NCBI GenBank assembly: GCA_039096225.1
Contig: JBBPEB010000024.1
Span: 688,297 to 752,296 of the forward strand
Source of the DNA: Blastocystis sp. Blastoise
Lineage: Eukaryota; Protista; Bigyra: Opalinata
Length of the DNA stretch: 64,000 nucleotides
Direction of reading: 5' to 3'
The notes beneath the pieces are model-generated. The model had not been told where the DNA came from. It did not search any database and worked only from the letters and a program-made list of their open reading frames with translations. The position numbers were made by a program, and so were the translations under genes. How positions within the stretch are numbered: the stretch's first letter is position 1; each line of letters begins with the position of its first letter. This document shows, one piece after another, positions 33,883 to 53,015 of the stretch.

Positions 33883-35231
33883 TACTCAATTCCAACTACA
33901 ATGATAGAAAGAATATAAATAATTATAATAAAAAAACAGAGTTATTTATACTATGTGATTTTTATTGATAAATTAATTTATTTTATATAGTTCATAGTGA
34001 ATCATTGAGATATGTATAATACAAAACTTGCAACTCAATTCTTTTATTGAATTATCGAAAAACCGTGAAAATATAAATTCTCTTACTAATATTTTGATAA
34101 TTATCAGGATGTTAAATTGTGTTTTTTTTTAAATATTTTTTTTCTTCTAATACATTTTATAAAGACTTGCAATAGTTGTTTTCCATTATATGCATTTTTT
34201 TATTTTCCCCCAACATATTTTTGCATCAAAGTTTCTAAGAATGTATATATTTCTTAGAATTCTCTAATAATCAATTGTTATTAAGATTTATTCTTTAATG
34301 TTTATGACAATGATACGGAGATTTGAAAATAACTAATTTTTATTCCTTTGTTATGATGGAATCATTTTTAAATAAAATACAAAAAGAATGAGGAATATTT
34401 GAATTAAAAAAATAGTCTATTTACGATATTATTAGTATGATTGAAGTTATAAACATATAACATTCATTCATATATAGTTTATAATGATATATATATATAT
34501 ATATTTCTTATTAAAAACAGTTTTTAAAAGAAATTTCAATGAATTATTGTACTACAAATGTTTCATTGCAAATAAATGAATCAGAATTCGATAGTTAGTA
34601 TGTGATAACGTATATTAAAATAATCTTTTGATATTATTTCTAGTTAAAATTTCATATTCTCCTACAAGTTAATTATTAATACGTCTTTGTGATCATTTTA
34701 CTTTTCTAAGCAAGATATAATGGCATAAAAAATAAATACAAAGAATATACAAGTTGAAGATCCGTATATATAAATTACAATTAGTAATTATTATTTTTGA
34801 TTTTTGCGATGATTATATATTTTATTGTTTATAAAAACAATATAGTTTTTCTTATATCTATATAATTATAGTATTATGAGAAAGAAATACATATAAAACA
34901 CTTTATAAATAGAATTTTAGATATTGTTGATTATGTTAGAATCTTGTTAGAAGAAATGGTATTTCCCATAAATAAAAAAAGAATACGAATTTTAAGGAAA
35001 CACCAGTTAAAAAGTATTTTATTGGTTTATAAAGAAAAAATCCAAAAACGATTGGTTTTCTTTGAATGGGAAGAAGAGGCTGGATAGGCTGCGCCTTCTT
35101 AATTCTGGAAAAATGATAGAGAATTGGTGATAATCTTAAAATAATCAAGAAATCTCGGTCTTTTATATGAAACAAAGATTACATTCAATAATATCATTTA
35201 CTTTATGTATATTGTTTTATAAATATAAAAA

Positions 35232-39403
<4,172 letters not shown>

Positions 39404-40141
39404 ATTTCTTAATATATAAATATATATTTTCTACTTCATAATATGTACATTATTTTCATTTATTGGATGGAATAAAAATATCATTATTTTCTTTTTATTT
39501 TATTTTTTTATATATATATTTATATATAATTTCTTTATATATATATAATATATATATTCATAGTAATTTCTTATTTTGTATATACAAGATTTCTTTGCAT
39601 TTTTTTTTGTTCTTTTATATATATAGTTATTTTCTTCCTTTTTTTTTGTCTATTTCTTTGATAATTATTCATTGTGTATGTATTTAACAGTATTCATTTA
39701 CTTTGCTGTTTTGTTATTTAAAAAAGAGTATGAAATTAATTAAACAAATACAAAATCTAAACATCTCTTTAATAATTATTGTGTGAATATGTTAATCAAA
39801 TAAATTTATTAAAAACGAAACATCTTTATTGTTATATGATAATAATTTAGAATAATAATAAAAGAAAAATATAAATTGAAACAAATAAAATACATACACT
39901 TAAAAATATTTTGTGTAAAATATATTTACATAGTGATGATGTACTTTTTTGTCCTATTTTGTTACGGTACATAAAAATGGAAAATAAAAAAATAAAAAAT
40001 AGAAAACAAAAAAATATGTACACGACAACACTTTAACAATGATAATTAAAATCACTAAACTACTGAATAGCATAATGATCATACAAATAAATAATAAAAA
40101 ATGAATGTTTTTCTTTTGTATATATATATAATATTAGTTTT

Positions 40142-43100
40142 TTAATAATTTTCTTTATTTTGTTCATAATATTCTTCAATAGATAAAATCTTTAAGAAAT
40201 CAGGTTCTTCCTATATATATAAATATATATAAATATAATGAAAAAAATAAAATATAAAATAAAAAAAAAAAAAAGAAAGAAATAATAATAATAATAAAAA
40301 GCATTCCATAATCTTTTTATAACCTAAAGCAAACTCAATAGCACATTTAACATTAGTAATAAGAGGAACACTGAAATCAACAGCACAACGTCTCATCTTA
40401 TAACCATCTGTTATAGCATCAGAATTACCATTAGGAACAATAATAGCAACATGAATTTGATTATTCTTTAAAGCATCAATAGCTAAATGATCTTTATGTT
40501 GAGTACTATTCTTATGAACTAATACAATTTGATTAGCAGGTAAATTCATTTGTTCTAAACGAGCATAAGTACCTTCTGTAGCATATATAACACAATTATG
40601 TTGAATTAAGAATTCAATAGATTCTTTAAATTGATCAAATTCTTTAGGAGGAATAGAAACTAATATATTTCTACCTTCTTTAGAACCAAATTTAGGGAAT
40701 GTAAATTTAAAGTTAGTAGATAAAAGAGCTTTAATAAAAGCTTCAGAAGGATCATTACCATAACAAGCAACTTCACCAGTAGAAGCCATTTCAACACCAA
40801 GTGTAGGATCTGCACCTTGTAATCTAGTAAATGAAAACATAGGAGCTTTACAACAAACATAATTAAGATCTTTTAATACAATAGAACCACGACGATGAGG
40901 TAAATGTACCATAACACGTGTAGCTAATTCAATAAAATTAAAATCAAATGTTTTAGACATAAAAGGGAATGTACGAGAAGCTCTTAAATTACATTCAATA
41001 ATTTTAATAGCATTATTTTTAGCTAACATTTGAATATTAAAAGGACCAGAAATACGTAATTTAGCAGCAATCTTTGAAGCAATAATTTTAACTCTACGTT
41101 CAGTTTCACTATATAATCTTTGAGAAGGTAATAATAAAGTAGCATCACCAGAATGAACACCAGCATTTTCTACATGTTCAGAAATAGCATAATTTAATAT
41201 TTCACCTTCTTCAGCAACAGCATCAAATTCAATTTCTTTAGCACCTTCAAAATATTTAGATAAAACAACAGGATAATCTGAAGATATTTCAGCAGCACGA
41301 CTAAGACATTTAATTAAAGAATTTTCATCATAAGCAACAGACATAGCAGCACCTGATAATACAAAAGAAGGACGTACTAAAACAGGATAAGGAGCAGAAC
41401 GACCAAATTCAAGTGCTTTTTCATTAGAAGTAACACTAACCCAAGCAGGTTGATCAATCTTTAATTCATCTAACATATTACTAAATTGAGAACGATCTTC
41501 AGCTTTTTCAATCATATAAGGAGAAGTACCAAATATATTAACACCATATTTACATAAAGGTAAAGCAAGATTATTAGCAATTTGACCACCAACAGAAACA
41601 ATAACACCTTCAGATTGTTCTAATTCATAAATATCTAAAACACGTTCTAAAGAAAGTTCTTCAAAATATAAACGATCACATTCATCATAATCAGTAGAAA
41701 CAGTTTCAGGATTAAAATTAATAATAATAGTATTCTTTTGAGCAGAACGTAAAGCACGAACACAACTAACAGCAGCATAATCAAATTCTACAGAACTACC
41801 AATAGAATAAGGACCACAACCTAATACTATAATACCATGATCATCAAATTCAACATCATTTTCATAACCAGAATAAGTAAGATATAAATAATTTGTATGA
41901 GCAGGGAATTCAGCAGCTAAAGTATCTACTTGTTTTACTACAGGTAAAACATTTAATGATTTTCTATATTCACGAACTAATAATTCTTCTTTAAGATGTT
42001 TAGGATTGTCTATATTATCAAAATGAACATGAGTAGCAATTTGTTTATCAGCAAAACCTAATACTTTAAGTATTTTCATAGAATCACGATCAATCTCAGT
42101 TAAATGTTTATTTTGAATAAGCATAGTAGCATTAGCAATATTATTTAATTTATTTAAAAACCATTTATCAATCTTTGTTAAATCATGTATTTCTTGAACA
42201 GTCATTCCATTCATTAAACCATAAGCAATAGCATATATTCTACGATCATCAGGTTCAGTTAATAAATGATGAAGAAGTTCTTTAATATCATTTTTAGGTG
42301 CTTCAAAACCATTAACTAAAGGATTAACCATACGTAATGCTTTTTGAATAGCTTCTTCAAAATTACGACCAATAGCCATAACTTCACCAACTGATTTCAT
42401 ACAAGAACCTAAAGTAGGTGATACTTTATGGAATTTCTTAAGATCCCAACGAGGTACTTTAACTACACAATAATCAAGAGAAGGTTCAAAACAAGCAGAA
42501 GTTGTATGTGTAATACTATTTTGAATTTGAATTAAATTCTTACCTAAAGCTAATTTAGCAGCAACATAAGCAAGAGGATAACCAGTAGCTTTAGAAGCTA
42601 AAGCAGATGAACGAGAAAGACGAGCATTAACTTCAATAATACAATAATCTTCACTTTCAGGATTTAAAGCATATTGAACATTACATTCACCAATAATACC
42701 TAAATGACGTACTACACGAATAGCAGTATCTCTTAATTTCATATATTCACTATTTGTTAATGTTTGTGAAGGGGCTACTACAATAGAATCACCAGTATGA
42801 ATACCTAAAGGATCAAAATTTTCCATATTACAAACAGTAATACAATTATCAAAACTATCTCTTACGACTTCATATTCTATTTCTTTCCAACCTCTTAAAT
42901 CTTTATCAATTAAAATTTGTTTGGAACCAGAAAAAGCTTTTTGAGCTAAATCTAATAAAGACTCATCATCTTTAGCAAATCCTGAACCTAATCCACCTAA
43001 AGCAAAAGCAGATCTTATCAATACAGGATAACCAATACGATGAGCTACTTCTAAAGCTTCATCTAAAGTTAAAGCAGGAGCAGATAAAGCTAATTTTTCA

Positions 43101-45231
43101 TTAATTTCTATTAATTTTTCTTTAAATAATTCACGATCTTCAGTATCAATAACAGTTTGAATAGGAGTACCTAATACTTGAATATTATATTTTTCTAATG
43201 TTTTAGATTGATATAATTCAATACCAACATTTAATGCAGTTTGACCACCCATAGATACTAAAATAGCATTAGGACGTTCTTTTTCTATTACTTTACATAC
43301 AAAATCAAAAGTAACAGGTAAGAAGTATACTTTAGAAGCTAATCCTTTTCCTGTTTGTACAGTAGCAATATTAGGATTCATAAGAATAACTTCCATATGT
43401 TCTTCTTTTAAAGCTTTAATAGCTTGAGAACCAGAATAATCAAATTCACCAGCTTGACCAATAGAAAGACCACCAGAACCAAGAATAAGAACTTTCTTAA
43501 ATTGTGGTGGTTTAAAGAAATTTACATTAAAAGTATTAGCAGGAGTATGTATACCTTTAATCATATCTAAGAAACGATCAAATAAAAATCTAGTATCAAT
43601 AGGACCAGCACAAGCTTCAGGATGGAATTGACTTGAGAAGAATGGTTTTGATTTATGGAAAATACCTTCATTAGTACTATCATTAACATTAAAGAATAAA
43701 GGAGCCCATCCTTCAGGAAGAGAACTAGCAACAACTTGGAAACCATGATTTTGAGAAGTAATATAACAACGAGCACTAGATAAATCAACACAAGGAACAT
43801 TACAAGCACGATTACCAAAAGGCATCTTTTCAGTACGAGCACCTGCAGCAAGAGCTAAAAGTTGATTACCTAAACAAATACCAAATATAGGTTTAGGTTG
43901 ATCTCTAGAAATAGCATATTTTAAACTTTCAATAGTATCTTTACACATCATTGGATCACCAGGACCATTCGAAATAAATAAACCATCATAAGTATCTTCA
44001 GCTTGTTTAATATCATAATTAAAAGGAACAACAGTAAGTTGAACACCTCTTTCTAAGAAACAACGTATAATATTATATTTCATACCACAATCATAAGCAA
44101 GAATACGAGGATAACCACCTTTATTATATACTTTAATTTCTTTAGTAGATACTTGTTCAACAAGATTATTTAAATTAGGATCAAATATATCAACATGTTC
44201 ATGTTCAAATTCTATCTTACCTAACATTACACCATGTTCACGAATCTTCTTAGTAAGCATACGAGTATCAATACCATATAATGCAGGAACATGAGAAGAC
44301 TATATAAATATATATATTTAAATATAAAAAATCTAACTAAGAATAAGAATGACTATAATATATATATATATTATTTTTAAAAATATTTATATAAATATTT
44401 AAAAAAATAAAATATAAAAAAATAAAGCATTCTATTCTACTCAAAGACTTTTAAATGTCAAGGAGAATTACTCAAAACGAGTGTTTCATTATGACAATAA
44501 TTAATCTTCCAAAACCGTAACAGATTCTCAAGGTTATAAAATACAATAAGAATCCTGACTTGGGTTTGGATATTTTTTTAAAATTTTAATATTGTTATTA
44601 ATATTAATTTTTAGAATTAATAATAAATATATATATATTTTATAAAATAAATATAAAATTATAATTATAACAGATATATATACTTTTAACCAATCAGAAA
44701 GAGAACGTTTAGCATTCCAATGACTATATTCCCAAGAATAATCAGAAACAATAACACCTGAAACATGAATTTTATCAGATTCAAAGAATTTAGGAATACC
44801 ATATTCATCAACTTCATCAAAACTAGGTACACCATAATTACCAATCATAGGGAAAGTAAATGTTAAAATTTGTCCTTCATAGGATGGATCAGTAAGAGAT
44901 TCAGGATAACCACACATAGCAGTATTGAAAACTACTTCACCACTTACAGAGGATTCATAACCAAAAGAAAAACTAAATATAAATAAAATATAAAAATGAA
45001 AACAAAACTATTAAAATCAATAAAATTAACTTTATTATAATAGAATATAGATATAAATATATATACCCTTCAAATACTGAACCATCTTCTAAGACAAGTT
45101 TAGCAATAGTATTATGTTTACCTAATTTTGTTTCTCCAAAAGGTTTATATACTATAGAAACACAGTAAGTAACTTGTCAATGAAGTTATAGGATGAGGGC
45201 CTTTACTAAACATACATTTAGGGGCTTCCAT
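40142..45231 (-). CDS. CPSII: Glutamine-dependent carbamoyl-phosphate synthetase II (fused small and large subunit, no DHOase/ATCase)
   Basis: Motifs [71 protein letters not shown] and a C-terminal MGS-like domain. Last short exon [25 protein letters not shown]. Confidence 0.95.
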
Positions 45232-47035
45232 GTTCTATAAAAGTAATAGAGAAAAAAATATGTGAAAAACAACAAACAAATCATTTTTTGAATTAAGGCT
45301 CTCTCTTTATATATGGATGGTTGATCGTAAATAATTATATAAATTCTTTACTTTATAAATCATTTGATATGGGTAGTGGCCCTTAATATTACTTTTTTGA
45401 TTTTTGAACCAATCATTTCTTGATTCTATAGGGAAAAGGGATGTTCACAATTGGTCAAACAAATGCTTTTTTTTTTGGTTTTTATAAAATAATCATGGAA
45501 AAACCACATAATCTCAACCACATAATGAATTATGATTTTTTTTCCACTGTAAAAGGTAATTTATTCATGAATCTTCTTTTCCTTAGTCTTCTTTGTCCCC
45601 AAAATAAAATAATCATATATCTTGTCGTCTATTTCTCGAGAAAAGTATATAATAATCATGATAGTCAATTACTACACACAGTTCCACAACTCATTATTTT
45701 TTGCTTGCGACTTTCTTTTTTCTTTTTTTACTAAATCCATCATATTTAACTATATACTTGGAAAACCTCAACAAAACGTAGTTATCTTGCTTTATCTAAT
45801 GAAGTACTTGTAAAAAACTTATTTTATTTTTCAAAAGCAACATGAATTTCTTTAACTCCATTATTATTTATATATATGTATTTCTAGATGTACTAATACT
45901 TGAAAGAGAATAAAATATGAATATAGGATGATGAAATTCTAAAAAAACAAACATTTAGGAATAGATTGATTTCTAGAAAAGGTATTCTTAGTCTATACAT
46001 GCTTTATTTGATTTCATTTTATGTGCATTGTTGAAAGAGAATTTATATTGATTTTGAATATGATTATGTGATGGTTCTCTAGATCATTTCTACTCCTCTT
46101 TATGATATTTTTGTAATAGATGGTTATCGATAAGGAATTACAGTATTATATGAATTGATATATAAAATATGTGAGTATCTATTTATTATCAAATCGATTC
46201 GTAGTTTTTTAGGTGAAAATTTAATAGAAATTATTATTTGTGTTTATATGAATAATAGATTCATTTATTAGATATAATAAATTATTTTGTATTCACTCTA
46301 TTTATTATTATTTTTTTTATAAATTGAAAACACTTTTTCAATATATTATTAAAAAGTTTTTTAAATGATTATATATTTTAATCGTTTATATTATAATAGT
46401 TTATATCTTCGAATGAAAAAGTATATATTTTGTAATATTTTCATCAATGAATTATCCTTTTCAATAAAGAGAATTATTTTTTTTAATTCTATTACAATAT
46501 TAGTTAGGAAGATATACTGTATTATTGATATGCATATATATATTAAAGAATATGTTGAAAATACCTAAAATCTATTATATATATATATATATCTTTTATA
46601 AATCATTTGCATTAATCATTCAATTCAATTCATTATATAGAAGATCGATATTCAAATTAGTATTCTATAAAAAATATCAATGAATGAATTATATATCAAG
46701 AATATATAAATAAAAGGATTATTTTCATGATCTCTACTACAGAAATTAACTCTAGACCATCCATAATTGATTTCATAACAAATACAGAGATTATTCACCC
46801 TTTTCACATACTAATTATCAAAAATAAATTAAATCCATGAAGAGTTTTACTTTTATATTAAATACCACTAGTAACTAGGATACTATTCATAGCTGATACT
46901 ATAAAATAACAAATCTGAAGTGAATCATCTGTAAAAACTCTTTTTAGCCATAAACATGTGATTTTTCCTTACGATTTTTGCGTCAAAATGACTTTATAAA
47001 CACAAAATAATTATTTATTATTTCTTTTGAAGACT

Positions 47036-50236
<3,201 letters not shown>

Positions 50237-50543
50237 TTATTTTATACATTTTCCCATTCTTTTATTATTCACTCGTATTTTTGTGATATTTTTATTTCCT
50301 TTTGGTACCAACTGTTTTACAATATATTTTAATCCGTCAATTTTGTATTTAAAAAAAGAATTATTTGTCATTCAGTTACTTTTGAGTTTGTATTGAATAT
50401 TAATATGTAAAATATATGCATAAATATAGCAGGAATAATAAATCAAATTTTATTTTATTTTTATGAATGATACTAATTAATTTATAAGAAAAAATGGTAA
50501 AACAAAAGTTTTGAATCAAATAAGCTAAATAAAAAAAAAAAAT

Positions 50544-50566
50544 AGCTCCATACGCGATTCGAACCC
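50544..50566 (-). other. Isolated 3' fragment of a tRNA gene (T-loop, 3' T-stem, 3' acceptor strand) followed by an oligo-T tract
   Basis: Minus strand GGGTTCGAATCGCGTATGGAGCT then ATTTTTTTTTTTT. No matching 5' half found. Confidence 0.6.
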
Positions 50567-50655
50567 TTTAAATATGTTATACAAAAAAATGGCGTATTTT
50601 TGTTTTAATTTTTCGTTAACTCTTCTCGTTAATTGATAACATAATTACATTTTTT

Positions 50656-52962
50656 TTAAGAAATTAGAATGTATGCTGCCTTTTTTATAGGACTAACAAC
50701 AGTATTTTGAGATGAAATAGACATTTTTAGATATAAAAACAAGTATTTATTTTGCGTTGTATCAAGATGAATTAGAGTTGGAAAAAAATGAAAAATTAGT
50801 TCATTAGAAGATAAATTATAATAGATGTTTTGATTCTGTATTTCATTTATATCATGTGCTTGTTTTAGACTATGAAAAGTGGAATTATAGATGGAGAAAA
50901 GGAGAAAAAAAGAAATAGGAGGAGAAAAAATACTAATTGTAGAAACATTAGCATATATGAGTACAGAAGGAGTAGTAGATATAGTATTATTTGTATTTGT
51001 TATATTTTCATCTTGTTCATCTTGTATGTAATTAGCAGTAGTATCCTTAGTAGTAATTCTCTTTTCTATAGTAATATTATCTGAATTTGTTTTTTCATTT
51101 GTAGGAGCTCTAATATTTCTATGTTTATTGTTATATATGTTTCTTAAGGTAGGTAATAAATAGAATAAAGTATTATTACTGAATTGAAGGAATAACATGG
51201 AGAATGATTTTTGGCGGGTGATTTTCTTAGGAATTCTAGGCCTATTTTTTCTTTTCTCGTAGATAAACATTAAAGTGAAGTGATTTATAAATTCCTTTAA
51301 GGATTCTATATTATTCCATTTCTTTCCATTTTTATGTTTTTTTATTGTGTTATAACCAATTAGAAATTCAGGTTTTGCCGGGAAAAGCCAATTAAATTTA
51401 GTAGGAAAATCTTTAGGAGGAGAAGTAATAGTATATATATTAGTAGGAAGAGAAAGAGTAAATTCATTATTTTCAATAGTATTTAGTATAGTTTCATTTG
51501 TAGGAATCTCATTTTCATCTATTATATCATTAGGAGTAAGTATAGGTATTTCTATATTAGAATCAGAATTCATATATATATCTTGATCCTCTTGTTCGGT
51601 ATTATTTAAATTGAGAGAAATAGGTTCATCTTCAGAGGATAGAGAAGAGTTAGTTTGTATAGGAGGATACATAGTTTCATTTCCAATGGGAGTATTATTT
51701 GTAATTGTAGCAGTATTTATTGTAGTAGTATTTGAAGATGTAGATAAAGAAGGAGATAGTTCTAGTGTAGGATTTCTTGCCCAAGAAGGAGGATTCGTAT
51801 CATTTGGGAATATTCTATTGTGTAGTAATTGACTAAGTGTAGGAGTAGGAGGAGAATCAGAAGATTCTGGAGAATTTGAGGATTCACTAGGAGTATTTTC
51901 GTTCATAGAGTTATCAATATTGTTTTCATTCAATTCCATATTTATATTACTTTTTTGTATCTCAGCATCCATTTTATCATTCCCATCAACTACTGTTGTA
52001 TCAATATTGATTACATTGTTTTCTTCAGTATTCATCAATACATCTTTCATTTCATTTTCATTTCGTATTTCTTTACTTTGAGAGGAATTAGGAGTAATTT
52101 CTTGTAGATTCTGAGTCGTTTCATTCATAGAGGGATTCATAGTAGTTTCATTCATAGTATCAGATTCATCTAAGGGTATTGTAGTAGTTTCATCATTCGT
52201 AGTACCAAAGTTCGTAGAGAATGTAGAAGTAGGTTTCATAGTATTTCGAGGATCATCATAATCAATCCAAATATTAATATCAGTAGACCAAGAGCTTTGC
52301 ACAGAGTAGTTCGAGGACCATGAAGTTTTAGTAGAGGAGAAATTCCAATCATTCTTTTTCATAGTATCATCATTTTTCATAGATAGAGAGTTTACAGCAT
52401 CCTTTGTAGACATAGTAGGTTCAACAAGTTCATCACCATCTTTCTTCTTTCTTAAACTCATAAAATCAGTACATACAGGAGACATCTTTCTCTTTTTCGC
52501 AAGTGTAGAAGTTTCAATGTAGAAGACTTCAGTTTCTAGAGGTATAGGACTGTTCTGGTTGTGTAGAGGTAGTGTAGTTGTAGAGATAGATGTAGAAGAA
52601 GAAATATCCTTTTCAGGATTATTTTTGGGTTGTAAATAACCGTTATTATTTGGTGGATCTTTCAAAGTAATAGAAGAACCACGGGAGGCTTCGGAATTTC
52701 CTGGGATTTCACATCCGGAGAAATTCTCTTTTTCCTGAATTGGAAGACCATTCTCAGCATATTTTATTTGTTTTTGATTTTTTGAAGCCCCAAGGAATTC
52801 TTGAGTATTTCCACCATCACTAATCATCTTATCATCTTCTCTAGCACACACAGAAGAAGAAACGGAAGAATTCTGACCTTTATCAACTGATTGTAAAAGA
52901 TCATGTTGGAGTTTTGACTCCGGAACAGAAGCATTGTCGTTTATTTGGATTGCTGATTGCAT
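50656..52962 (-). CDS. Orphan intronless low-complexity (S/T/N/P-rich) ORF, probably element-encoded
   Basis: Open for 790 codons. First ATG gives MQSAIQ at 52962. No introns or TA tracts, unlike host genes. Possible NLS KKRK. Basic, aromatic segment near the C-terminus. Confidence 0.55.
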   Translation of the reverse strand: MQSAIQINDNASVPESKLQHDLLQSVDKGQNSSVSSSVCAREDDKMISDGGNTQEFLGASKNQKQIKYAENGLPIQEKENFSGCEIPGNSEASRGSSITLKDPPNNNGYLQPKNNPEKDISSSTSISTTTLPLHNQNSPIPLETEVFYIETSTLAKKRKMSPVCTDFMSLRKKKDGDELVEPTMSTKDAVNSLSMKNDDTMKKNDWNFSSTKTSWSSNYSVQSSWSTDINIWIDYDDPRNTMKPTSTFSTNFGTTNDETTTIPLDESDTMNETTMNPSMNETTQNLQEITPNSSQSKEIRNENEMKDVLMNTEENNVINIDTTVVDGNDKMDAEIQKSNINMELNENNIDNSMNENTPSESSNSPESSDSPPTPTLSQLLHNRIFPNDTNPPSWARNPTLELSPSLSTSSNTTTINTATITNNTPIGNETMYPPIQTNSSLSSEDEPISLNLNNTEQEDQDIYMNSDSNIEIPILTPNDIIDENEIPTNETILNTIENNEFTLSLPTNIYTITSPPKDFPTKFNWLFPAKPEFLIGYNTIKKHKNGKKWNNIESLKEFINHFTLMFIYEKRKNRPRIPKKITRQKSFSMLFLQFSNNTLFYLLPTLRNIYNNKHRNIRAPTNEKTNSDNITIEKRITTKDTTANYIQDEQDENITNTNNTISTTPSVLIYANVSTISIFSPPISFFLLFSIYNSTFHSLKQAHDINEIQNQNIYYNLSSNELIFHFFPTLIHLDTTQNKYLFLYLKMSISSQNTVVSPIKKAAYILIS

Positions 52963-52991
52963 TAGGATATAAAAAAATGTAAAAAAGAAAT

Positions 52992-53015
52992 CGCCTGATA
53001 GGGGGATCGAACCCC
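52992..53015 (-). other. Isolated 3' fragment of a tRNA gene (resembles a tRNA-Lys 3' end) followed by T-runs
   Basis: Minus strand GGGG-TTCGATC-CCCCT-ATCAGGC-G then ATTTCTTTTTT. The expected 5' strand GCCTGAT is absent upstream. Confidence 0.65.

Noticed and set aside
45240-47030. Possible gene between CPSII and the MFS transporter
   Set aside because: Only short low-complexity ORFs, with no recognisable motif or consistent exon chain.
52985-53015. LTR-retrotransposon primer-binding site
   Set aside because: No TGG (CCA complement), no adjacent LTR, and the neighbouring element is non-LTR.
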